Sequence record: SRR20825006_2196
Reading direction: 5' to 3' (one strand)
DNA: 46,073 nt
The position numbers were made by a program, and so were the translations under genes. The notes beneath the pieces were generated by a model. It did no database searches. It was not told where the DNA came from and was given only the letters and a program-made list of their open reading frames with translations. Every line of letters starts with the position of its first letter. Within the stretch, counting starts at the first letter, position 1. Of the stretch, positions 1 through 9,112 are shown in pieces.

Positions 1-24
1 GCACCTCAAGAGGTGCTCCTACAG
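1..24. repeat. Truncated GTAG-type REP arm (family 2)
   Basis: gcacctcaagaggtgctcctacag matches the 29612-29640 arm with one mismatch; lies 4 nt past the stop of the PepSY gene; cut by the window edge. Confidence 0.8.
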
Positions 25-28
25 GTGC

Positions 29-1288
29 TTATTGGTAGGTGGCGGAGTTCAAGGCCATTTCCTGTTTACGCTTTCTGCTCGCCACCCTCGCCTTGCGTTT
101 TTTCCACCAGATCACCAGGCCGGTGATGGAGAGCATGGCCACCGCAATCCCCATGATTGATACGATAATGCGTCCTGGCAGGCCGGCGATGCGGCCGGAG
201 TGCAGTGGAAATTGCAGCTGGTTGAACGCATCGGCGGCGGTGCCTTCCCAGGGGACTTCGTCACCGATCAGGTCTGCGGTCTTGCCATCGTAGTAAAGAC
301 TTTTCACTTTCATGCCGCCGCTGTCGTGGTCTTCACCCGGGTAGTAGAAACGTACGCCGAAGACGGCAAAGTTGTCGCTGTAGAAGGTATCGCCGATAGG
401 TTCTTCCCAGCCGCGGTTGTCCGCTTCGGTGCGGGCCTTTGCGAATAGCTCTGGCCAGCTTACCTGGGGTTCTACCGGGTCATGCAGGGCGGTGGGCGTG
501 CGCGTTTCAAACGGCCCGGGCGTGGTTTCGGACACCATGGACATGACCGGGTAGAAAATTTCCCGGTACAGGTTCAGGGAGAAGGAGGTAAAGGCCAGCA
601 TCAACAGCAGCCCGAATACCCACAGGCCCACGGCCCGGTGCAAATCGAAATTCAGTTTGTAGGCGCCTGCGCCCCGGCGAATCATCCAGGCGGGTTTCCA
701 GCGCTGCAGCCAGCCTTTGCCAGCGGGCTTTTGTACGCGGCGCTTGCGTGGCAGGGTCAGTGCCATGGCGATAAAGGTATCGAACAGCCAGACCATGGCG
801 GCGGCACCCATCAACCAGACGCCCCAGCGGTCGATGCCCTTCCATTCCGGTAGATGCAGGGTGAAGTGCAGTTTGTAGAGGAAGGACATCAGGTGTTCCG
901 GGTGCAGGGAGATTTTCCCCCACTCGCGCTTGCCGACAATCTCGCCGGTGACCGGGTCCACGAAGGCGTGATCGTAACCCAGTTCATAACGTTGCCCGGT
1001 CTCCGGGTTTTCCCGGGCATCCACCCAGATTTCTGCGTTATGGCCCGGCTCGGCTTCCAGGCCAAAGAAGCTGGCGCGCACCCTGGGGTCGGCGTCTTCC
1101 ACATGGCGGACCAGCTCCAGCATGGGAAGTGGTTCGCCCTGGCTCTGGCTTTTAAACAGGTGTGGGTTGAGCCATTCGTCCAGTTCGTGGTCCCAGGAAA
1201 TCAGTGCCCCGGTCAGGCCGGCAATAATCAGGAAGACGGCAATGAAAAGGCCGAACCAGCGATGAAGCAAAACCAGAAATGCGCGCAT
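29..1288 (-). CDS. PepSY-associated TM helix protein (FoxB/PiuB-like iron-regulated membrane protein)
   Basis: LHRWFGL, LYKLHFTL, FDLHRAVG and FPLHSG His motifs with TM segments; start placed at ATG 1288 (MRAFLVLLHRW). Confidence 0.88.
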   Translation of the reverse strand: MRAFLVLLHRWFGLFIAVFLIIAGLTGALISWDHELDEWLNPHLFKSQSQGEPLPMLELVRHVEDADPRVRASFFGLEAEPGHNAEIWVDARENPETGQRYELGYDHAFVDPVTGEIVGKREWGKISLHPEHLMSFLYKLHFTLHLPEWKGIDRWGVWLMGAAAMVWLFDTFIAMALTLPRKRRVQKPAGKGWLQRWKPAWMIRRGAGAYKLNFDLHRAVGLWVFGLLLMLAFTSFSLNLYREIFYPVMSMVSETTPGPFETRTPTALHDPVEPQVSWPELFAKARTEADNRGWEEPIGDTFYSDNFAVFGVRFYYPGEDHDSGGMKVKSLYYDGKTADLIGDEVPWEGTAADAFNQLQFPLHSGRIAGLPGRIIVSIMGIAVAMLSITGLVIWWKKRKARVASRKRKQEMALNSATYQ

Positions 1289-1334
1289 GGGGAATCCAAC
1301 CGGGGCTGACAATGCGGCGCAGCCTAGCACAAAG

Positions 1335-1353
1335 GGGAATCATTCTCATTACT
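1335..1353 (-). promoter_or_regulatory. Putative Fur box
   Basis: Minus strand AGTAATGAGAATGATTCCC, 13/19 match to GATAATGATAATCATTATC, ~50 nt upstream of the PepSY-TM gene. Confidence 0.65.
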
Positions 1354-1365
1354 GAAGTGAGAGGA

Positions 1366-1968
1366 TCAGACGCTCGGTTGGCGAGATTTCCACACCGGAT
1401 AGGGAATGCCGGCCAGGCGATTGATCACGAAGGCCTGGCCGACCAGCAAGGCCACCGCACTGAGCAACACCGGCAGCTGCTGCAGTTCCGGCATCAGCCC
1501 CAGCGATACGATCAGCGCGGTGGCGCCAGCAGGCGGGTGGGCAACCCGGAACAGAATCATCAGTGCGCTGGTGAGCCCCAGCGACAGGCCGGCAGCGACT
1601 ACCCGCGACCATTCAACGCCGGAGATAAAGGCGGCCGGGGCATCGTGCAAGCCACATAACCACAGTGATACCCACCCACACAGGGCGCCAATCAGATGGC
1701 CGCTGAGTACATTGCGTGGGGAAGCCGCTTCCGCCAGGGGCAGGTGGAACAGCAGGAAGGCCGTCGCACCCAGTGAGGGGAAGATAAACGCCTGCTGGGT
1801 CACCAGCGCCACACTGGCAATCAGTGCAATGCTGAGGCCGCCGTTGACCAGATTGAACAGCGCCAGCACGACGCGGGGATTAAAACGCTCACTCATGGTT
1901 TCCAGATGCAGCTGCCGCAACAGGCCACCGACCAGTTGCTGGCGGAGCTGATCACTTTCCTTACTCAT
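1366..1968 (-). CDS. HPP family membrane protein
   Basis: PSLGATAFLLF, SPRNVLSGH and HPPAGATAL motifs; start MSKESDQ at 1968. Confidence 0.85.
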   Translation of the reverse strand: MSKESDQLRQQLVGGLLRQLHLETMSERFNPRVVLALFNLVNGGLSIALIASVALVTQQAFIFPSLGATAFLLFHLPLAEAASPRNVLSGHLIGALCGWVSLWLCGLHDAPAAFISGVEWSRVVAAGLSLGLTSALMILFRVAHPPAGATALIVSLGLMPELQQLPVLLSAVALLVGQAFVINRLAGIPYPVWKSRQPSV

Positions 1969-2155
1969 GGTGTGCACTAATCCGGGGCAGAAAAAGAGCG
2001 CGCATACTAAGGCCTTGCGGCCCTTTGGGCAATTATGGTGCGTTCTGCATTCTCTGCGGGGCTGAGGATGGTCGTCCTGCAGCCTGTGGCCGCTTTTTAA
2101 CAACGCGAGCCAGGCAAATCCGCTAGCATGAGCCAAGACAAAAAAGGAGATCGGT

Positions 2156-3922
2156 GTGGACGGATTTTTCTCGCAGGCGCTGGTGTTGCTGGGGGCGACA
2201 CTGGTGCTGTTGCCGTTGTTTCAGCGGTTGGGGCTGGGCAGCATCCTGGGCTACCTGGCAGCTGGTATCGCAGTAGGACCGCTGGGTTTTGGCCTGGTCA
2301 GTGGCGGTAATGATGTGCTGCACTTTGCCGAGTTAGGTGTGGTGCTGATGCTGTTTCTGGTGGGGCTGGAACTGGCCCCACAGCAGTTGTGGGCGCAGCG
2401 GCGTCGACTGGTGGGGCTGGGTGCCAGCCAGATGGTCTTCAGCGCGTTGTTGCTGGCAGGCGGATTTTGGCTGGTGGGCTTCAGCACCAACCAGAGCCTG
2501 GCCATCGGCGCGACGCTGGCGCTGTCGTCCACGGCGTTTGTGGTGCAGATGCTGGTGGAAAACAATCAGCTGGGTACCCCGCAGGGCCGTTCCGCGTTTT
2601 CCATTTTGTTGTTTCAGGATCTGGCGGTGATCCCCATCCTGCTGCTGTTGCCGGTGCTGGCCGGTGCCCAGGCCGGGGAGGATAGCCCGCAATTGCTGGC
2701 GGGCCTGGCGGCGCTGGTGGCCATGGTGTTGGCGGGCAAGTATGCGCTGAACCCCTGGTTGGGCTGGCTGGCCAAGCTGCGTAACCGGGAGTTGATGACC
2801 GCCAGTGCACTGATGCTGGTGCTGGGCTCTGCCGCGCTGATGGAGCACCTGGGGTTGTCCATGGGGCTGGGTGCATTTGTTGCGGGTGTGCTGCTGGCCA
2901 ACTCGCCCTACCGGGAACAATTGGAAACTGACATTCAGCCTTTCAAGGGCTTGCTGCTGGGGCTGTTCTTCCTGGCGATCGGTATGACCATGGACCTGCG
3001 TTTGCTGCTCGATCACCCGGGCAGCATCGCCCTCTTCCTGGCGATGCTGCTGGGCCTGAAGGCATTGGTGCTGATAGTGATCAGTCGCCTGCGTGGTGGC
3101 GAGTGGCGCAGTACCTTCATGTTCGGCATTTTGCTCAGCCAGGGGGGCGAGTTCGCCTTTGTGCTGCTGACCCAGGCGCAAACACTGAATCTGCTCGATA
3201 GTGCTATCGCCGGGCAGCTGAATCTGGTGGTGGCGCTGTCCATGGCCTGCACGCCGTTATTGCTGAAGCTGATGGCGTTGCTGTGGCCGAAAACGAGCAG
3301 CCAGACACAGCGCACGGATCTGGAAGAAGAAAGCATGCCTGATCACCATCCCCAGGTGGTCATTGCCGGGCTGGGTCGCTTCGGGCAGATCACCGCGCGA
3401 ATTCTGGTGGGCCGACAGATTCCCTTCACAGCCCTGGATTCCGACCCGGACGAAATTGATATGCTGCGGCGCTACGGCAACGAAGTGTATTTCGGCGATG
3501 TAACCCGGCTGGACCTGCTTTATAACGCCGGGCTGGAACATGCCAAGGTACTGGTGTTGGCGGTGGACGATGTGGACGCATCGTTGAAAACCGTGGAGCT
3601 GGTGCGCCACCATTTTCCGGCCATTACTATTGTTGCCCGCGCCCGAGACCGCTACCACGCCTATCAGCTGCATGCGCTGGGCGTGCATCAAGTGATCCGG
3701 GAAACCTTCGAGTCTGCCCTGCTCAGTGCGCGGCTGACACTGATGCAACTTGGCGTGCCCGAGTCCACCGCCATTGATCTGGTGCGCAGTTTCCGTGATC
3801 TGGATGATCGCCTGTTACAGGAGCAGATCGCCCATCGCAGTGACGTGGACATGCTGGTGGAAACCGATGCCAAAGGCCGCGCGGAGCTGCAGTCATTACT
3901 GTCGGAGGGCGATGCGTCGTAA
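2156..3922 (+). CDS. kefB: Glutathione-gated K+ efflux antiporter, KefB/KefC-like (CPA2 + KTN domain)
   Basis: LLFQDLAVIP, LETDIQPFKGLLLGLFF, SQGGEFAFV and C-terminal GLGRFG KTN motif; GTG start with AGGAG SD; kefB versus kefC is uncertain. Confidence 0.85.
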   Translation: MDGFFSQALVLLGATLVLLPLFQRLGLGSILGYLAAGIAVGPLGFGLVSGGNDVLHFAELGVVLMLFLVGLELAPQQLWAQRRRLVGLGASQMVFSALLLAGGFWLVGFSTNQSLAIGATLALSSTAFVVQMLVENNQLGTPQGRSAFSILLFQDLAVIPILLLLPVLAGAQAGEDSPQLLAGLAALVAMVLAGKYALNPWLGWLAKLRNRELMTASALMLVLGSAALMEHLGLSMGLGAFVAGVLLANSPYREQLETDIQPFKGLLLGLFFLAIGMTMDLRLLLDHPGSIALFLAMLLGLKALVLIVISRLRGGEWRSTFMFGILLSQGGEFAFVLLTQAQTLNLLDSAIAGQLNLVVALSMACTPLLLKLMALLWPKTSSQTQRTDLEEESMPDHHPQVVIAGLGRFGQITARILVGRQIPFTALDSDPDEIDMLRRYGNEVYFGDVTRLDLLYNAGLEHAKVLVLAVDDVDASLKTVELVRHHFPAITIVARARDRYHAYQLHALGVHQVIRETFESALLSARLTLMQLGVPESTAIDLVRSFRDLDDRLLQEQIAHRSDVDMLVETDAKGRAELQSLLSEGDAS

Positions 3923-3937
3923 CAATCGATATCTCAG

Positions 3938-3968
3938 TATTGAGAATGGTTTGCATCTGCATTATCAT
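3938..3968 (+). promoter_or_regulatory. Putative Fur box / promoter region of the TonB receptor
   Basis: tattgagaatggtttgcatctgcattatcat contains TGAGAAT-n-GTTTGCA and an ATTATCA half-site, upstream of a siderophore receptor. Confidence 0.65.
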
Positions 3969-4064
3969 CCCGGCCTGAATTCCGGTTTGCCGCGCTGACG
4001 AAAGGGACGTTATTGGCGGTAAGGCTCAGGCCGGGGGATCGCAGAGACAACCACAGGCACTCCC

Positions 4065-6206
4065 ATGACCATACCCGCGCGTTTGCTGAGCCGTTCACTG
4101 ACGGCTACCTTATTGCTATTGCCGTTGACCACATTGGCGGCTGAAACCGAGACGGAAACCACCGGCAGTAACGTTCACGAAATTCCCGAAGTCAGCGTTA
4201 ACGCCGAGGGCAATCAGGGCACACTCGCCGACACCTCGGAGAGCTACGAACCGAAAACCCCGGTCAGCGCGCCCACAGGCCTGGCATTGACCCGTCGGGA
4301 AACGCCGCAGGCGGTGTCGGTGGTGACCCGGACGCTGATGGATGATTTCCAGATTGTGTCTGTCAGTGAAGCGCTGGCTGCCGCCCCGGGTGTTGTCGTG
4401 GACCAGGTCGAAACCGACCGGGTGTATTACAACGCCCGTGGGTTTGAAATCACCAACTACCAGTACGATGGTTTGGGCATGCCGTTGCCCTACGAAATCG
4501 TTAACGGTGATATGGACACCAGTCTGTTCGAGCGGGTAGAAATCGTGCGTGGTTCCAATGGCCTGATGACGGGGCTGGGCAACCCGTCCGCCACCGTTAA
4601 CTACGTGCGCAAACGCCCTACCCTGGATAACCACACCACGCTTTCAGCCTCTTATGGTTCCTGGGATAACCGCCGCATGGAAGTGGATACCTCCGGCAGC
4701 CTGACTGAAAACGGCCGGGTCCGTGGCCGTATGGTTGGCGCCTATCAGGATCGCAACTCTTACCTGGATCGTTACGAGAATGAACGCGGTGTGTTCTATG
4801 GTGTGGTGGAAGCGGACCTGACCGACTCAACCCTGTTCACACTGGGTTATAGCTACCAGAACAGCAACGCCGACAGCCCCATGTGGGGCTCGCTGCCGCT
4901 GTTCTATTCCGACGGCACCGCCACAGACTACGACGTGGAAACCAGTACCGCCGCCGACTGGGCCTACTGGGACAGCAACACTGAATCCGTGTTCGCCGAG
5001 CTGCAGCAGCGTTTCGATAACGGCTGGGAAGCGAAAGCGGTTTATACCTATCGCAAGATGGAAGGTGAATCCGAACTGTTCTACGTCTATGGCACGCCGA
5101 ACAGAGATGAAACCGGCCTGTTCGCCTACCCCAGTTACTACGAAGACAAAGTCAGCGAGCAGGTGTTTGACCTGTACGCCCGTGGCCCGTTTGAAGTTGG
5201 CGGCCGTGTTCACGAAATGGTAGTCGGGGCGAATTATGCCAAAGGCCGGATCGAAGAGACGTCCAATTATGGACGCGGTATTGGGACTCCGCTTACCCCT
5301 GACCAGGCGTTTGGCGGCAGTTACCCCAGGCCGCTTTTTGATGCCTCCACCAGCGGTAGCAAGTGGGACGACCGCTACCGCAGCGCCTACCTGGCTACCC
5401 GTCTGCGCCTGGCCGATCCGTTGACCCTGATTGGCGGCGCGCGCTATGTGGACGTGACCAGTGACGGTGAAGGCTACGGCGCCAGCAAGGATGCCAGCGC
5501 CAGCGAAACCGTACCCTACGTGGGCCTGATCTATGACCTGAACGATGTGCACTCCGTTTACGGCAGCTACACCAAAATCTTTAACCCGCAGACGGAAGAA
5601 GATATCACCGGCCAGCGGCTGGAGCCGGTCACCGGCGAAACCCAAGAGCTGGGTCTGAAATCCGAATGGCAGGATGGCCGAATTTATACCGCCTTGATTG
5701 CCTTCCGTACTGATCAGGAAAATCTGGCAGAAGCTGCTGGCATGATCGGCCCGGACACCTATTACGGTGGTGTGGACGTGGAAAGCTTTGGCTATGAAGG
5801 GGAAATCAGCGGTGAAATTTTGCCCGGCTGGCAAATGGCCGGTGGTTACACCTGGCTGGAAATTGAAGATGAAGACGGTGACGAAATTCGCACCTATACC
5901 CCGCGGGAAATCTTCCGTCTATCGACCACTTACCGGCCGGCAGCCATTCAGAAACTGAAAACCGGTGTGCAGGTTAGCTGGCAGGACAGCATCTATCGTG
6001 GCGGCACCGGTGGTATACCGAAAACCACCCAGGACAGTTACGCGCTGGTGAACCTGATGGCCAGTTACGACTGGACCAAACACCTGACCACCACACTGAA
6101 CGTGAACAATGTGACCAACGAAAAATACTACAACTCGCTATACGTTGGGCAGGCGTTCTACGGTGCGCCGCGTGGGGCCAATGTGCGGTTCGACTATACA
6201 TTTTGA
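4065..6206 (+). CDS. TonB-dependent siderophore receptor (FhuE/FpvA-like, no N-terminal signalling extension)
   Basis: Signal peptide, ETPQAVSVV plug motif, ERVEIVRGSNGL, NVNNVTNEKYY and C-terminal DYTF. Confidence 0.92.
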   Translation: MTIPARLLSRSLTATLLLLPLTTLAAETETETTGSNVHEIPEVSVNAEGNQGTLADTSESYEPKTPVSAPTGLALTRRETPQAVSVVTRTLMDDFQIVSVSEALAAAPGVVVDQVETDRVYYNARGFEITNYQYDGLGMPLPYEIVNGDMDTSLFERVEIVRGSNGLMTGLGNPSATVNYVRKRPTLDNHTTLSASYGSWDNRRMEVDTSGSLTENGRVRGRMVGAYQDRNSYLDRYENERGVFYGVVEADLTDSTLFTLGYSYQNSNADSPMWGSLPLFYSDGTATDYDVETSTAADWAYWDSNTESVFAELQQRFDNGWEAKAVYTYRKMEGESELFYVYGTPNRDETGLFAYPSYYEDKVSEQVFDLYARGPFEVGGRVHEMVVGANYAKGRIEETSNYGRGIGTPLTPDQAFGGSYPRPLFDASTSGSKWDDRYRSAYLATRLRLADPLTLIGGARYVDVTSDGEGYGASKDASASETVPYVGLIYDLNDVHSVYGSYTKIFNPQTEEDITGQRLEPVTGETQELGLKSEWQDGRIYTALIAFRTDQENLAEAAGMIGPDTYYGGVDVESFGYEGEISGEILPGWQMAGGYTWLEIEDEDGDEIRTYTPREIFRLSTTYRPAAIQKLKTGVQVSWQDSIYRGGTGGIPKTTQDSYALVNLMASYDWTKHLTTTLNVNNVTNEKYYNSLYVGQAFYGAPRGANVRFDYTF

Positions 6207-6215
6207 GAACGCTCA

Positions 6216-6241
6216 GCGGGTGACGCTTACGGCTAACCCGC
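6216..6241. repeat. Degenerate REP-like hairpin (family 1)
   Basis: gcgggtgacgcttacggctaacccgc resembles gtcggattacgcctgcggctaatctgac at 6398-6425. Confidence 0.4.
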
Positions 6242-6269
6242 ATTGAAGCAGTAAAAAGGTAATCGGTTT

Positions 6270-6311
6270 AACGCTGACGTCTGCACAAGCAAGGGCGTCG
6301 GCGTTTTTTTT
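6270..6311 (+). terminator. Intrinsic terminator of the TonB receptor gene
   Basis: aacgctgacgtc...ggcgtcggcgtt stem followed by a T8 run. Confidence 0.7.
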
Positions 6312-6333
6312 ATGAGGGTTTTAGAGAAACGTT

Positions 6334-6430
6334 TGCAGGTCGGCTTAGCCGCGAAGCGGCGTAACCCGACAGCCTGCTGCCGAGTTCATCGCCTAATGTC
6401 GGATTACGCCTGCGGCTAATCTGACCTACA
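6334..6430. repeat. Inverted REP doublet (GTAG family 1)
   Basis: tgcaggtcggcttagccgcgaagcggcgtaacccgaca ... tgtcggattacgcctgcggctaatctgacctaca; imperfect inverted pair, each arm internally palindromic. Confidence 0.8.
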
Positions 6431-6439
6431 GAGTGCGGC

Positions 6440-6859
6440 TTACAGCTTCAGCTTGTTTAGCCCGCGGTCGATGGCCTGGCCCAGGCCGGCTTTGATGATC
6501 GGGCCGATCAGTGGCAGCTTGCCTTCAAATTCGATGGTGTAGTCCAGCTGGCTGCCGCCATTGGCCGCTTCGGAAAAGCGCATGACGCCTTTGTGGTGTT
6601 TCAGCGGGCTGCCCTTGGTGATGGCGTATTCAATGCGTTCGTTGGGAATCACCTTGGTGACGGTTTCCTCGAACGGAGGTGCGATCAGGATCTGCATTTT
6701 CCGGGTGGAACCCACGCCGTTGGGGCTGTCCTGGCCATCCTTGATACGCTTGATTTTGGCTGGGGCAAAAATCAGTTCCAGGTTTTCGTGCACGCTGAGA
6801 AAATCGAACAGCTTGTCCACGGAGAACGGAAAGGTCTTGGAAATGCTGATGCGTTGCAT
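6440..6859 (-). CDS. SRPBCC (polyketide cyclase/START-like) family protein
   Basis: GVGSTRKM, FEETVT...IEYAI and HHKGVMRF patterns; 139 aa from ATG 6859. Confidence 0.8.
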   Translation of the reverse strand: MQRISISKTFPFSVDKLFDFLSVHENLELIFAPAKIKRIKDGQDSPNGVGSTRKMQILIAPPFEETVTKVIPNERIEYAITKGSPLKHHKGVMRFSEAANGGSQLDYTIEFEGKLPLIGPIIKAGLGQAIDRGLNKLKL

Positions 6860-7020
6860 GGCGGTTGCTCCCACTTCTGCCCGGCAGGCCGCCGGAAACG
6901 TTTCATACTACCAAACGTGATAGTAAACAGGTTGTTGATTCTGCCTGTTGGCTGTCTACCCGCAAGGTTAATTTGGGCCATAGCGCTGCCGATGGCAGCC
7001 GTGGTTGCCTGGGCGGGGTA

Positions 7021-8052
7021 TCAGAACCCTTCTGCCAGCCAGGTGGTGATCGTGGCGGCGCTGTCCTCGCGGCAGCCGCTGGCGTTCTGCCCGGCCCACA
7101 ATGGCGAACAGTCGCCACTGCCCTGTGCTTCTGCAGCGGCGCGCAATGGCCCGATGGCGTTACCTGCCAGCGGGAATGCCGGTGCCGCGTCCGGGAAGTA
7201 ATCCAGTTCCTGCATGAGCTGATTGACCATGCCCCGGGCCGGGCGACCGGAAAAGACCGTGGTCAACGCGGTGTGTTGGGCCTTGTCACTGTTCAGCCAC
7301 TGCCGGTGCAGGGGTTTGGTGGTTGCTTCCGGGCACAGCAGGTAGGCGGTGCCGATTTGTACTGCGGTTGCACCCAACGTCATGGCGGCTCGGACGCCAG
7401 CAGGGCTGGCAATGCCGCCGGCGGCAATCACTGGCAACGATACTGCGTCAACGATCTGTGGCAGTAAGCTGAAGGTGCCTTGCTGGCGGCTCAGGTCATC
7501 ACTGAGAAAATGGCCACGATGTCCGCCCGCTTCCAGGCCCTGGGCAATCACCGCATCGGCCCCCTGTGCTTCCAGCCAGAGAGCCTCTTCAACTGTGGTG
7601 GCGCTGGACAGCACTTTGGCGCCGGTGGCCTTGACCCGATCCAGCAAAGCGTCTTCCGGTAAACCGTAATGGAAGCTCACCACCGCGGGCTTGAACTGTG
7701 CCAGCATCGCCGCGCAATCGGCATCAAACGGCTTGCGCGACGGGCCTTTGGGAATGGCCGACGCATCGGCGCTGAACGCATCATAGTAAGGGCGCAGGGT
7801 TTCTACCCAGCGCTGTTCGCCTTCCGGGTTGGGTGCTGGGGACGTGTGGCAGAAAAAATTCACGTTGTAAGGTTGGCGGGTCGCTTGGCCAAGCTGGGCG
7901 AGTTGCTCTTCCAGTTGCCTGGCGTTGAGCATGCCTGCGGGCAATGAGCCCAGCCCGCCGGCTTCAGAAACGGCGGCCGCCAGGCGCCAGTCCTGCACGC
8001 CGGCCATGGGAGCCTGGATCAGAGGCAAGGCAGTCTTGAACAGCGGTCGCAT
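7021..8052 (-). CDS. Nitronate monooxygenase family (NAD(P)H-dependent flavin oxidoreductase)
   Basis: LIQAPMAG, QGLEAGGHRG, VIAAGGI, VQIGTAYL and FSGRPARG motifs. Confidence 0.9.
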   Translation of the reverse strand: MRPLFKTALPLIQAPMAGVQDWRLAAAVSEAGGLGSLPAGMLNARQLEEQLAQLGQATRQPYNVNFFCHTSPAPNPEGEQRWVETLRPYYDAFSADASAIPKGPSRKPFDADCAAMLAQFKPAVVSFHYGLPEDALLDRVKATGAKVLSSATTVEEALWLEAQGADAVIAQGLEAGGHRGHFLSDDLSRQQGTFSLLPQIVDAVSLPVIAAGGIASPAGVRAAMTLGATAVQIGTAYLLCPEATTKPLHRQWLNSDKAQHTALTTVFSGRPARGMVNQLMQELDYFPDAAPAFPLAGNAIGPLRAAAEAQGSGDCSPLWAGQNASGCREDSAATITTWLAEGF

Positions 8053-8082
8053 AGGCGGTTCCTCGTCAGGCTGGAAAGAGCG

Positions 8083-8631
8083 TCAGCGGATCACGCGATC
8101 CAGGATGAATTCGGCCCGGATGTGGACCGGGGCTCGGGGCACTTCCATCAGCGTATAGCCAAAATGCCGATAGGCTGTTTGCATGATCTCGAAGGTGGCG
8201 ACGGCTTCAGCGAACGATTGTTTGCGTTCTTTGTCGTTGGTAAAGATAGCCTTCCAGGGAGGGAAGAGGAAGACGGGGTCATGGTAACGGTGCGCTTCGC
8301 AGGCGCTAACCAGTGAGGGGGGAACCGTCAGACCTTCAAGGCGCGAGTAACCATAGACATCGACCAGGCCCCGATCAAAAAAGACCGTACCCTCGTGGTC
8401 CGCAACGCGGGCAAGGTTGGCTTGCTCGGCAAACAGCATTCGGTCACGAAAGGCGGCTTTGTCCTGCCAGGGAACGGCCTTTCCGCCTTGCTCAACCTGG
8501 GATTGAATCACCTGACGGCCGACTTCTTGGCAACAGCGAAAACCAAGGTGGGCAATATGCTCGATAACCGCTGTCTTGCCGGCGCCGGGCCCACCGGTCA
8601 GCACGATGGGTGTTGTCATTTGTTTGCGCAT
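8083..8631 (-). CDS. AAA_28 / NadR-like P-loop ATPase
   Basis: LTGGPGAGKT Walker A, FFDRGLVD and FLFPPW...D.ERKQ; start could be the ATG at 8619. Confidence 0.8.
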   Translation of the reverse strand: MRKQMTTPIVLTGGPGAGKTAVIEHIAHLGFRCCQEVGRQVIQSQVEQGGKAVPWQDKAAFRDRMLFAEQANLARVADHEGTVFFDRGLVDVYGYSRLEGLTVPPSLVSACEAHRYHDPVFLFPPWKAIFTNDKERKQSFAEAVATFEIMQTAYRHFGYTLMEVPRAPVHIRAEFILDRVIR

Positions 8632-8657
8632 GACTGTCGGGTTCGGGCCTGGAGGAA

Positions 8658-9071
8658 TTAGTTTCTTGTATCCACCTTGCTGATGGTGCCCTGGGCAACA
8701 GCGACGAGCCGTTCTTCGCCGTTATTCAGGGCGATCACTTCACACTGGCAAACCGCCTGTTTTTGGCCACTGGAAAGCACCGTGGCGCGGGCCGTTAGCC
8801 GCTCTCCCAGCGCCGGGCGCAAATAGTTGATCTTGTATTCGGAGGTGACCGAGTCCCCCAGTACCGAGCCGCCGGCATAGGTGAGTGCGTTGTCAGCGAG
8901 ATAGCTGACAACACCGCCGTGGACAAAGCCGTGTTGCTGTTTCAGTTCATCGCGCACGGCCAGTGTCAGCACGGCCTTGCCGGGTTCGAAGGCTTCGAGT
9001 TCGGTGCCCAGCAGCGCGCTGAATGGCTGGCTGGCAAGAACCTGTTTGCCGAATTGGAAAAGCTCACTCAT
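8658..9071 (-). CDS. PaaI family thioesterase
   Basis: QQHGFVHGGVVSYLADN and EYKINYLRPA hotdog motifs; start MSELFQ at 9071. Confidence 0.88.
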   Translation of the reverse strand: MSELFQFGKQVLASQPFSALLGTELEAFEPGKAVLTLAVRDELKQQHGFVHGGVVSYLADNALTYAGGSVLGDSVTSEYKINYLRPALGERLTARATVLSSGQKQAVCQCEVIALNNGEERLVAVAQGTISKVDTRN

Positions 9072-9112
9072 GACAGGGTTCCGGTTTTCATCGGGCGAAT
9101 GAACGCTAGTGG

